Shown: positions 48,218 through 55,573 of the stretch, in pieces
Position numbering within the stretch: the stretch's first letter is position 1
Layout: each line of letters begins with the position of its first letter
IMG/VR virus record: IMGVR_UViG_3300032247_001802
Location: 7,999-71,998 of that record
Strand: one strand, 5' to 3'
DNA from: a virus
Taxonomy: Duplodnaviria > Caudoviricetes
Length of the DNA: 64,000 nucleotides
The notes under the pieces: generated by a model
Told to the model about the DNA's origin: nothing
The model's database searches: none
The model's input: only the letters and a program-made list of their open reading frames with translations
Translations under genes and position numbers: made by a program

Positions 48218-49516
48218 TTATGGATTTGTATCTGTCATATTTGGATTTCCGAGCACATCTTCTGGAGTTCTTACGCTATATAAAGGCAAATAAGAAAAAC
48301 AAGAGAAATTTTGTGGATAATTTATAGATATTGCTAAATTATTTTGCCCTTGTTTTAAGTTCTTTCCTCTACTGTTTTTTAAGGTATAGCCAAATGCCGT
48401 AGCAGATGAGTGATGAGCCGCAATAATTTTAGGATTTACAAAAATTGATCCTATATATGAAATTTTAAGAATTTTAGGAGTAACCTTCACATCTCTTGTA
48501 GCTAAAGTTAATAAATTTAAAAAACTTCTATAAGTTGGAAGAGATCTCATTAAAACATTTTGATTTTCCATTAACATTTTTTTTATTTTCTTATTAAGAA
48601 AAGGTTCAGCTTTTACATATTGTCTTCTTAGATGATACTCTATTATTCTTTCTTGTCCAATATCCATGTTTGGATTATTCTTTCCAAGGCTATCTCTTGC
48701 TGCGTTAAAAGCTGATGCTATTCCTCTGTTTCCATCTGTACCCAAAAGAATATTATATGGACTAAGTACTTTTACATCTATATCTGTAAAACTATAGTCT
48801 ACAAACCAACCATTTGTGCCATCTATTGCACTATCTATTAGTCTAGTGTCTATATATATCTTTGCATTGAATGCTCCGATAGATACGTTTGGATTGAATG
48901 GTATTGGATCATATGAATTACCGCCGTAATTATATTGTGATGAATAATTAAAATTTGAATCGGTGAATGATCCTACAGATAAACTAATAATATTTCCATT
49001 TTCAAATTCAGATAATTGTCTTTGATGTGTATGATTAGCAAGATTGGGAGTTGGACTAGCCATTACTTGGTTACTAATTAATCCGCGCGTAGCATTATTT
49101 AAAGTTCCATTTAAATTATATGTTACATATAGGGCTTGTAATTGAATTTGATGATCTTCATTATTTACTAGTCCTCCAATTACGATTTTTCCAAAACCAG
49201 CTGCTATCCATCCTGCTTCTTGATATGCTCTATATGCTCCATAATATATTCCATCAACGTATGCAGCAAATTTATAATTTGTTAAGTCAGTTGCGTTTAA
49301 GACTGTAAATGAAAGTGTTGCTACTTGATCTCCATTTTCAACATTAGTAATATCTACATAATTATATGTGGGGTCTGCATCGGTATAGCCTCTTCTATAA
49401 TATCCAACTGGATATTCTAGTCCATTTGTTAGGATTGAGTTGTCTATTCCATCGTATGCATTCTCAAGTTGTGGTGGTAATGGCGCAGCAAAATTATAAT
49501 TAATAGGAATCGTCAT
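48218..49516 (-). CDS. Probable virion protein with fibronectin type III-like domain
   Basis: GLVNNEDHQIQLQALY...GLISNQVMASP resembles an FN3 C-terminal end; late motif 7 nt upstream. Confidence 0.5.
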   Translation of the reverse strand: MTIPINYNFAAPLPPQLENAYDGIDNSILTNGLEYPVGYYRRGYTDADPTYNYVDITNVENGDQVATLSFTVLNATDLTNYKFAAYVDGIYYGAYRAYQEAGWIAAGFGKIVIGGLVNNEDHQIQLQALYVTYNLNGTLNNATRGLISNQVMASPTPNLANHTHQRQLSEFENGNIISLSVGSFTDSNFNYSSQYNYGGNSYDPIPFNPNVSIGAFNAKIYIDTRLIDSAIDGTNGWFVDYSFTDIDVKVLSPYNILLGTDGNRGIASAFNAARDSLGKNNPNMDIGQERIIEYHLRRQYVKAEPFLNKKIKKMLMENQNVLMRSLPTYRSFLNLLTLATRDVKVTPKILKISYIGSIFVNPKIIAAHHSSATAFGYTLKNSRGKNLKQGQNNLAISINYPQNFSCFSYLPLYSVRTPEDVLGNPNMTDTNP

Positions 49517-49523
49517 ATCAAAT

Positions 49524-49530
49524 ATTACAC
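49524..49530 (-). promoter_or_regulatory. Putative late-promoter motif GTGTAAT
   Basis: 7 nt before ATG 49516. Confidence 0.55.
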
Positions 49531-49551
49531 GAAATTTAATAAAAAGTAACT

Positions 49552-49938
49552 TGGACGCGAAAGGAGTTGAACCTTTGTCTTTTAAAAATTTAAATTAAAA
49601 TCCTACAAGTTTAGTCGCTTTTATTTTAGCCTTGTATTGATAAGCAACAACATACTTTGGCGATCTTATTTTTAATACTTAATATCAATAGAATAAACAA
49701 ACTATAAATAATAAGACATCTAATTACGCAACTATCCAATAGATGTGTCAAGGTAGTCACGCTGTAGAACTTAAGCTACAGAAACAGTCAACTCAACAAG
49801 AGAAGCTCTTGCGGAGATATGACCTTTATATTTTGCTGTTTTGGCAGTTAATATAAGTGAAACTTTTTAAGGAGTCCTCGGTTCAACCTCCACTTGCATT
49901 TTAATTGTAATCTCTAAAATCGAAACCAGTACGCGCCC
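49552..49938 (-). ncRNA. ssrA: tmRNA (transfer-messenger RNA)
   Basis: 5' GGGCGCGTACTGGTTTCGA; 3' GGTTCAACTCC T-arm and CGCGTCC-A; G3.U70 alanine pair; internal tag ORF 49845..49771 after TAACT; CCA not encoded. Confidence 0.93.
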
Positions 49939-49959
49939 AATGTTAAAGAACTAACTAAT

Positions 49960-49966
49960 CTTACAC
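49960..49966 (-). promoter_or_regulatory. Late-motif variant GTGTAAG upstream of tmRNA
   Basis: 21 nt upstream of the mature tmRNA 5' end. Confidence 0.4.
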
Positions 49967-49967
49967 A

Positions 49968-50177
49968 TTATAAAGCTTTTAATAATCTTTGGCAATCTTT
50001 TTTATAAACAAAATTAAATTTGATTCTTGATCCATTAATATCTGAAATTAATTGAGGTATGGCAATACATGGATATTCACTTGGTCGATCATAAATATTC
50101 TCATTAGAGATATTGTAATGCTTTACGCATTTATATGAGTAAACTGTCCATCTAGCTTTATTTTTTATAATCTTCAT
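49968..50177 (-). CDS. Hypothetical protein (69 aa)
   Basis: ATG-initiated ORF with TATAAT 9 nt upstream. Confidence 0.55.
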   Translation of the reverse strand: MKIIKNKARWTVYSYKCVKHYNISNENIYDRPSEYPCIAIPQLISDINGSRIKFNFVYKKDCQRLLKAL

Positions 50178-50199
50178 TTACATGTATTATAAATAAAAT

Positions 50200-50228
50200 T
50201 TGACAAAGGTTTAAAATTAAAATATTAT
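50200..50228 (+). promoter_or_regulatory. Near-consensus sigma70 promoter TTGACA-17-TATTAT
   Basis: Direct reading; predicted +1 about 50235; no protein gene follows on this strand. Confidence 0.75.
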
Positions 50229-50234
50229 ATAAGT

Positions 50235-50460
50235 ACATAGTTCCCAATTAGAGCAGTTTGTTGATGTCAAAAAATCAACTATCAATCCCTGAGATAGCAA
50301 TGTCATAAGGGCTGACAACTATTAAAACCTTCATTTGTACATTATATGGCTAAAGAAGGAAATGTAGCTATAGGCATCGCAGAATGTAGTGATCGAAGCT
50401 ACCTCTGATCCATAAGTGCGATGGCCCGTTTACTGCTGAAATCGCGGTAAAATTTGGAGT
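50235..50460 (+). ncRNA. Candidate structured non-coding RNA of unknown family
   Basis: Promoter upstream, no substantial ORF, elevated G+C, at least six helices found by eye including a GCAA tetraloop and a 5'/3' closing stem. Confidence 0.6.
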
Positions 50461-50561
50461 CAAAAGAAAAGTTGGATTGATAATACTTAACTTTAGATAT
50501 AATAAATCTGGAGGTAAAGCCCTTTTGGATATCAAAGAAAAGTTATAAATAAAGAAAAGAA

Positions 50562-50891
50562 CTATTTCTTCATTAAATGATTCTGTATTATATCAAAATT
50601 ACGATCTAGTTTAGTTTCTATTCTGTCAAAGTAATCATCAAAAGATTCTTTAGTAACATAAGTTGTGCTGATTTTTAATGCTAAATCTGATATTTCTTGT
50701 TGATGTTTTCTACTATCTGCTTCCATTTCTTTTCTTAAAGCTATGAAATCATGGAAAGTCTTATCGTTAATTTCTTTCATAAGATTTTCTTGTTTGTCAA
50801 AAAGAGAGAATACTCTAGTAAACAACCATCCACCCAAAAAGGATAGAGCGCCCAATATTAAATTAAATAATACTGTAATATCTAAATTCAC
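50562..50891 (-). CDS. Small N-terminally anchored membrane protein with coiled coil (holin/XhlA-like architecture)
   Basis: One TM helix (LFNLILGALSFLGGWLF) then coiled coil ending RIETKLD; late motif upstream. Confidence 0.45.
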   Translation of the reverse strand: MNLDITVLFNLILGALSFLGGWLFTRVFSLFDKQENLMKEINDKTFHDFIALRKEMEADSRKHQQEISDLALKISTTYVTKESFDDYFDRIETKLDRNFDIIQNHLMKK

Positions 50892-50898
50892 ACATATA

Positions 50899-50905
50899 TT
50901 TACAC
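50899..50905 (-). promoter_or_regulatory. Putative late-promoter motif GTGTAAA
   Basis: 7 nt before GTG 50891. Confidence 0.5.
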
Positions 50906-50961
50906 TATATTATAGTGCTATGTATCTAATTAGTATATTACTTTAAATTAAGTAAAATCTA

Positions 50962-51954
50962 TTAAATGTTCTCTTTATTTCCAGAGAAAATTACTTCTAC
51001 ATAGTCGTTTGTATTATGAATTATATAGGATTTTATAAAACATTGCATAGCTTGTAGTGTGTTAAATTTGTGTAAATTATTATTTTGATATAACTTGTAA
51101 GTATGAATTTTATCTAGAATATCACATTTATTAATAATAAGTTTTGTTACGCCAGAAATCCTAACTGCATCAATTAGTTTATTTAAATTCAGCCAATTAA
51201 CTATTCTTTTTCTACCAGTTGTAGAACCAAATTCTTGACCAATTTCTATAAGCATATTTAATTCATCATCTTGCCAAAGAGTTTCTGGAAAAAACGGATC
51301 TACCCCACTTTTAGTGTCATAAATTTTTGCCACCCCAATAATATCTTTAATTTTTTTAGGTGAAAATCCTAAAGAGCAAGCAGAATAAGGAAGAGTTTCG
51401 CTACTTGTGACATATGGATAATCTCCATAATTTAAATCTAACCAAAAACTTTGAGCACCTTCGCATAGTACGTTTCCATAAAGCTCTCCATCCCAAAGAT
51501 ATTCTTTATCTAAATAGTCTTTAGCAAGTTTGCCAACCCTTAATGCTTTATCTGCATAACATGGAGCAATACCTTGACCAGTTGTACCAAGTTTTGATTT
51601 TAAAAATTTCAGATCATATTGAATATGTTTTTCAGTAATAATATGAGCTTTTGGACTTACTTTGATTAATGATGAATTAAATCCTCCGCTTTTAAGATAA
51701 TCTATTTCATCAAAAAATTTATCAATGTTAATAACGCAATTTGGACCAATAATACTAAGTTTATTTTGAAAAACTCCGCAAGGAATAATATGAGTTTTAT
51801 ATTTTTTATCATTGATATAAACTGTATGACCTGCATTGGGACCACCATTCCAACGGCAAACAATATCATAATTCTTACTAATAGCATTACTTATTTTTCC
51901 TTTTCCTTCGTCTCCCCAAGCTAATCCAAAGATAATATCTACTGAATTTATCAT
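50962..51954 (-). CDS. purA: Adenylosuccinate synthetase (short form)
   Basis: WGDEGKGK, NGGPNAGHT, GTTGQGIAP.Y.DK, EGAQ...LD...G.YPYVTSS, G.TTGRKR. Confidence 0.93.
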   Translation of the reverse strand: MINSVDIIFGLAWGDEGKGKISNAISKNYDIVCRWNGGPNAGHTVYINDKKYKTHIIPCGVFQNKLSIIGPNCVINIDKFFDEIDYLKSGGFNSSLIKVSPKAHIITEKHIQYDLKFLKSKLGTTGQGIAPCYADKALRVGKLAKDYLDKEYLWDGELYGNVLCEGAQSFWLDLNYGDYPYVTSSETLPYSACSLGFSPKKIKDIIGVAKIYDTKSGVDPFFPETLWQDDELNMLIEIGQEFGSTTGRKRIVNWLNLNKLIDAVRISGVTKLIINKCDILDKIHTYKLYQNNNLHKFNTLQAMQCFIKSYIIHNTNDYVEVIFSGNKENI

Positions 51955-51964
51955 TTAATAAAAT

Positions 51965-51993
51965 ATTATATAATAAATATATAAGAAATACAA
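51965..51993 (-). promoter_or_regulatory. Sigma70-type promoter TTGTAT-17-TATAAT
   Basis: Predicted +1 about 51958, purA ATG at 51954. Confidence 0.6.
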
Positions 51994-52000
51994 GTGTAAA
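51994..52000 (+). promoter_or_regulatory. Putative late-promoter motif GTGTAAA
   Basis: 8 nt before ATG 52009. Confidence 0.5.
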
Positions 52001-52008
52001 TTATTAAT

Positions 52009-52995
52009 ATGTTTAAATATATACTTGGATTATCAGCTTTTTTATTAGCTTCTTGCGCTGCATTTTTTTCAGTTAAAGGAATAGCTCTTTTATTCGCGGC
52101 TAGTTTTTGGAGCGTTGGCATAATGGCTGGAAGCTTAGAGGTAGCTAAATTAGTTAGCGCAAGTTATCTTTATAGGTATTGGTCATCAATACATGATTTG
52201 CTTAAAAAATATATGTTATCTGCAACTATATTACTAATGTGCATAACAAGTCTTGGTATTTTTGGTTTTCTTTCAGATGCTTTTCAACGTAATTTTTCTC
52301 AATATTCTTTAAATTTAAATAAGATTGAAAGTTTAAAATCTCGACAAAACTTCTATATTTCTCAAATAGATTTTAATAAAAATAAATTAAAAGATCTTAT
52401 AGACTTACAAAAGACATATCAAGCATCTTTAGATAACGCTGTGAAACAAGATGTAACCACAACAAAAACTACTGGTGGTGGATTTTTTAGCTCTGCTAAA
52501 ACAGAAAAAGTAACAGACATTAAGTTAGTGGAAAGTAAAAATAAAATAGTTGAAGGATCTCAAAGTAATATTAATAGCTTATTCTCTCAAATATCTACAG
52601 TAACTTCTAATCTTCAAAATCTAGAAAAACAAAGTTTAGAAAATAACCAAGAAATAATGAAGCTTGAAAGTGATAACAGTAAAGGTGAAATTGGCACATT
52701 TAAATTTGTAGCAGATGCATTTGGATTAAAAATAGAAACTGCTGTAAGAATATTTATCATATTAATAGTTATCGTTTTCGATCCACTAGCTGTATGTTTA
52801 GTTATAGCCTATAACTCAATGATCAAAAAAACAGAAAATCAAGAAATCTCAAAACCAGAACAGGTAGTTCAAAATATTATAGAAAAACCATTGGATACAT
52901 TTAAAGTATTATATGAAAACCTGCATAAGAATTTCAAGCGAGGAACCAAAGCTAAACACAATCCAGATCTAGCAGATCCAAATATTGGGGATTAA
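52009..52995 (+). CDS. Membrane protein with three N-terminal TM helices, coiled coil and C-terminal TM helix
   Basis: Hydrophobicity pattern; SCAAFFSV.G, SLEVAKLV, IVFDPLAV motifs. Confidence 0.7.
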   Translation: MFKYILGLSAFLLASCAAFFSVKGIALLFAASFWSVGIMAGSLEVAKLVSASYLYRYWSSIHDLLKKYMLSATILLMCITSLGIFGFLSDAFQRNFSQYSLNLNKIESLKSRQNFYISQIDFNKNKLKDLIDLQKTYQASLDNAVKQDVTTTKTTGGGFFSSAKTEKVTDIKLVESKNKIVEGSQSNINSLFSQISTVTSNLQNLEKQSLENNQEIMKLESDNSKGEIGTFKFVADAFGLKIETAVRIFIILIVIVFDPLAVCLVIAYNSMIKKTENQEISKPEQVVQNIIEKPLDTFKVLYENLHKNFKRGTKAKHNPDLADPNIGD

Positions 52996-53171
52996 TATTT
53001 TTTGATTTTATAATTTTTATTAGAAGGATCTATCTTAAGCATATGAGCTTTGGCTTTAATTAATCCTTCTTTAGACGGAGGAAATACCCCATGAAGAAAG
53101 TTATCGCTTTTACTATAAACAGCGTAATATTTAGCTGGTTTCTGTTTCTTTGTTTTGATTTTCTTTTTCAT
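52992..53171 (-). CDS. Small basic hypothetical protein (59 aa), absent from the ORF track
   Basis: MKKKIKTKKQKPAKYYAVYSKSDNFLHGVFPPSKEGLIKAKAHMLKIDPSNKNYKIKKY; fills an otherwise empty gap. Confidence 0.55.
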   Translation of the reverse strand: MKKKIKTKKQKPAKYYAVYSKSDNFLHGVFPPSKEGLIKAKAHMLKIDPSNKNYKIKKY

Positions 53172-53382
53172 TTACCATTTTCATAAGATGCTCTTTTAGA
53201 GAGTCTTTAGCTTTTTCACAAAAATCTTGATTTAACTTACCACAACAATGTTTGAATTTTTTACCAGTAGATTGACAAATAGTATTTCTTGGTACTTTCG
53301 GATATATTCTTACTATTGGACTAAATTCCGTAGCCCTAGCATATTCAATTGAGGTTAATTTATCTATATTTTCTTTATTCAT
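53131..53382 (-). CDS. SEC-C motif (SecA C-terminal zinc-binding-like) protein
   Basis: PRNTICQSTGKKFKHCCG resembles RNxPCPCGSGKKYKxCCG. Confidence 0.7.
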   Translation of the reverse strand: MNKENIDKLTSIEYARATEFSPIVRIYPKVPRNTICQSTGKKFKHCCGKLNQDFCEKAKDSLKEHLMKMVNEKENQNKETETS

Positions 53383-53388
53383 TTTAAT

Positions 53389-53417
53389 ATTATAATGCCT
53401 TTGTTAATTTAAATCAA
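53389..53417 (-). promoter_or_regulatory. Sigma70-type promoter TTGATT-17-TATAAT (predicted +1 = A of ATG 53382)
   Basis: Direct reading. Confidence 0.7.
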
Positions 53418-54527
53418 TTATTTTCCATGAGCAAATCCCTCATACATGCTATTTGGGCTATTTCTAACAGCTTGTATAGTATTATTCCATAGACCACCAC
53501 GCATATCTTCTACATTTCTAAATCCAAGATAACTCATAGAACTTCTTAAACCATTAGTAAAATCATAAACAATATCTTCTATAGTTTTATTTTCAATAAT
53601 TGGAATTAAAGTATTATCTCCTTCTACGAATAGATTCTTTTTAGTTCCATCGTATAGATCATAATCTTCAACAACATCTTGACTTGCCATGCCTCTATAT
53701 TTAGCGAATCTCTTACCATCTATTTCAATGATATTTTCATCATCAACAACATCAAATAGTCCAGCAAAAATTCTACCACAAATAACAGCATCACATCCAC
53801 TAGCAATAGCTTTAACTAAATCTTTTGGATATCTAATTCCACCATCAGCAAGAATACTTGGTCTATGAGAAGGATTAGGTTTATCTTGTTTAAATAAATC
53901 AATTTGAGAAAGTTCCCAATTTCTTACAGCTTTCCAAGCGTAATAATTTCCAGTTAAACTTGGACATCCAATTCCAGTTTTAACTTGGGTTAAGCACATA
54001 GAACCTGGACCAATCAAATGCCTAAAACCATCGGCTTTAAGATTAGCAAGCCTATAAACACTTTCTTTTGTTAATGTATTACCTACTATAACATCTTGGG
54101 AAAATCCAGCCGTCTTATACCATCTAAGAAAATCTTCAACATTTTTAGCTAAACCATTAGCAGTATCCAAAAAATAAACATTAGTAAATGTACTGGTAGC
54201 TCTAATTCTTTCTTCTGCGTCTTTTAGACCAATAGCAGTAATGCAAAAATCACTTGCATCTTTAATAAGTTTAGCTTTAGATCTTTGATCATCAACAGAC
54301 ATGAATCTGTGCAAAACTCCAGCAGCACCAAGTTTATTCATCTTGATACACGACTTAACAGAAGATACCGTGTCCATTGGAGAAAGGATAATTGGAATTT
54401 TTATATTGCAATTTCTTGATATCTTGGTAGTGGTATCTACTTCTTTTCTAGAAGTGATGTCTGAAAAATTTGGCAGTAACGAAATATCATCGTAACTTAA
54501 AGCTTCTTTAAATTCTTGTTTTTGCAT
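53418..54527 (-). CDS. guaC: IMPDH/GMP reductase family enzyme, GMP reductase-like
   Basis: LSYDDI.LLP, SPMDTV, IGPGSMCLTQVKTG.G.P, ADGGIR, YRGMAS, GLRS.MSY.G; no CBS domain and no flap Arg-Tyr dyad. GuaB is not excluded. Confidence 0.7.
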   Translation of the reverse strand: MQKQEFKEALSYDDISLLPNFSDITSRKEVDTTTKISRNCNIKIPIILSPMDTVSSVKSCIKMNKLGAAGVLHRFMSVDDQRSKAKLIKDASDFCITAIGLKDAEERIRATSTFTNVYFLDTANGLAKNVEDFLRWYKTAGFSQDVIVGNTLTKESVYRLANLKADGFRHLIGPGSMCLTQVKTGIGCPSLTGNYYAWKAVRNWELSQIDLFKQDKPNPSHRPSILADGGIRYPKDLVKAIASGCDAVICGRIFAGLFDVVDDENIIEIDGKRFAKYRGMASQDVVEDYDLYDGTKKNLFVEGDNTLIPIIENKTIEDIVYDFTNGLRSSMSYLGFRNVEDMRGGLWNNTIQAVRNSPNSMYEGFAHGK

Positions 54528-54533
54528 TTATTT

Positions 54534-54562
54534 ATATTAAACTATTCTTTATAAACAATCAA
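54534..54562 (-). promoter_or_regulatory. Sigma70-type promoter TTGATT-17-TAATAT (predicted +1 = A of ATG 54527)
   Basis: Direct reading. Confidence 0.65.
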
Positions 54563-54570
54563 GAAAATAA

Positions 54571-54599
54571 TTGACTTAAAAATAAAAAACATTTAAGAT
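54571..54599 (+). promoter_or_regulatory. Sigma70-type promoter TTGACT-17-TAAGAT
   Basis: Divergent from the guaC promoter; predicted +1 about 54606. Confidence 0.65.
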
Positions 54600-54607
54600 A
54601 TCATCTT

Positions 54608-54682
54608 ATGCTACAAACAATTATATGCATAGCTATAGGAATTGGAATAGCCATAAAGTGGCATTTTTTTCAAAATGAATAA
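54608..54682 (+). CDS. Putative 24-aa membrane micropeptide
   Basis: MLQTIICIAIGIGIAIKWHFFQNE; ATG 2 nt after predicted +1; end overlaps the dCMP deaminase ATG. Confidence 0.45.
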   Translation: MLQTIICIAIGIGIAIKWHFFQNE

Positions 54683-55088
54683 TAGAATATCATTTATAGA
54701 AGCTGCGATTGAAACAGCTACGATATGGTCAAATAGATCAGAAGATCCATATAAAAAAGTTGGAGTATGCATCTTGAATAAGGATGGTAGGGTATTATCT
54801 GTAGGTTATAATGGTTTATTGCCAAAGTTTAATATTAATGAAGACTTCTTTAGCGATAGAGATAACAGAAGAAAATATATGATCCATGCTGAAATCAACG
54901 CTTTATCTTTGGTTAAAAGAGGAGATAAACCACATTTACTAGCTTCGACTTTATTACCTTGTTCAAATTGCGCTACTAATATTGTTGCATATGGAGTTAA
55001 AAGTGTGGTATACTCAGAAGAATATGAAAAGGATTCTATTGCAAAAGAGATATTTAAATTCTACAATATAGAGTTAATTAAAATATGA
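54675..55088 (+). CDS. dCMP deaminase
   Basis: S.DP..KVG, GYNG, HAEINAL, PCSNC zinc-deaminase motifs. Confidence 0.9.
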   Translation: MNNRISFIEAAIETATIWSNRSEDPYKKVGVCILNKDGRVLSVGYNGLLPKFNINEDFFSDRDNRRKYMIHAEINALSLVKRGDKPHLLASTLLPCSNCATNIVAYGVKSVVYSEEYEKDSIAKEIFKFYNIELIKI

Positions 55089-55570
55089 AATATATAATAC
55101 TATTATCATTTATAGGTAATTTAGCATTCGCCCAATCTGGAGCCGTATACGAAACATACAAAACTACAGGTGGCGGAACTAATCAATCTGATGGTACAAT
55201 TTTTAATAAACCATTTCAAGAATATAATTATGTTAAAACCGCTAGAGGAATAGAAGTATATCAGACTTATAAAACTGGCAGTGGAAACGGAACTAACCAA
55301 TCTCATGGTACTATATTTTCTAAACCATTTCCAGAGTATTATATAGTTAATAATAAAATATACAGAACATATAAAACTGATTATAAATCTACTAATCAAT
55401 CTCGTGGGACAATATTTGCTCAACCATTTGAGGCAAAAAATATCGATCCAAGCATTAATACTAAAGCTTTAAAAGAAAATATACAAACTCAAGTCCGAAC
55501 TCAACAAATTCGTACTGGGCAAGATTATCCAAGATACGACGGAACTGGAGATATATCTTATGGAGAATAA
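55085..55570 (+). CDS. Secreted repeat protein
   Basis: Signal peptide-like MKYIILLSFIGNLAFAQ followed by three repeats. Confidence 0.6.
   Translation: MKYIILLSFIGNLAFAQSGAVYETYKTTGGGTNQSDGTIFNKPFQEYNYVKTARGIEVYQTYKTGSGNGTNQSHGTIFSKPFPEYYIVNNKIYRTYKTDYKSTNQSRGTIFAQPFEAKNIDPSINTKALKENIQTQVRTQQIRTGQDYPRYDGTGDISYGE
55145..55432 (+). repeat. Three tandem protein repeats, YxTYKT...TNQSxGTIFxxPF
   Basis: Repeats start at 55145, 55256 and 55358; DNA core ACTAA(T/C)CAATCT is conserved in all three. Confidence 0.85.
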
Positions 55571-55573
55571 CAA

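Noticed and set aside
50235-50460. RNase P RNA, SRP RNA or group I/II intron identity for the structured region; micro-ORFs of 14 and 20 codons within it
   Set aside because: No GAGGAAAGUCC / AGAACCCGGCUUA-type, SRP domain IV or domain V consensus was found by eye, and it interrupts no gene. The micro-ORFs have no clear RBS and lie across the helices.
50903-50917. Perfect inverted repeat CACTATA-T-TATAGTG beside the late motif
   Set aside because: Short and AT-rich, with no T-tract and no second copy found; could be chance.
50962-51954. PurA homologue as PurZ (2-aminoadenine DNA pathway)
   Set aside because: It keeps the PurA catalytic Asp (GDEGKGK; PurZ has Ser there) and TTGR, and no dATPase or MazZ-like partner is recognisable in the window.
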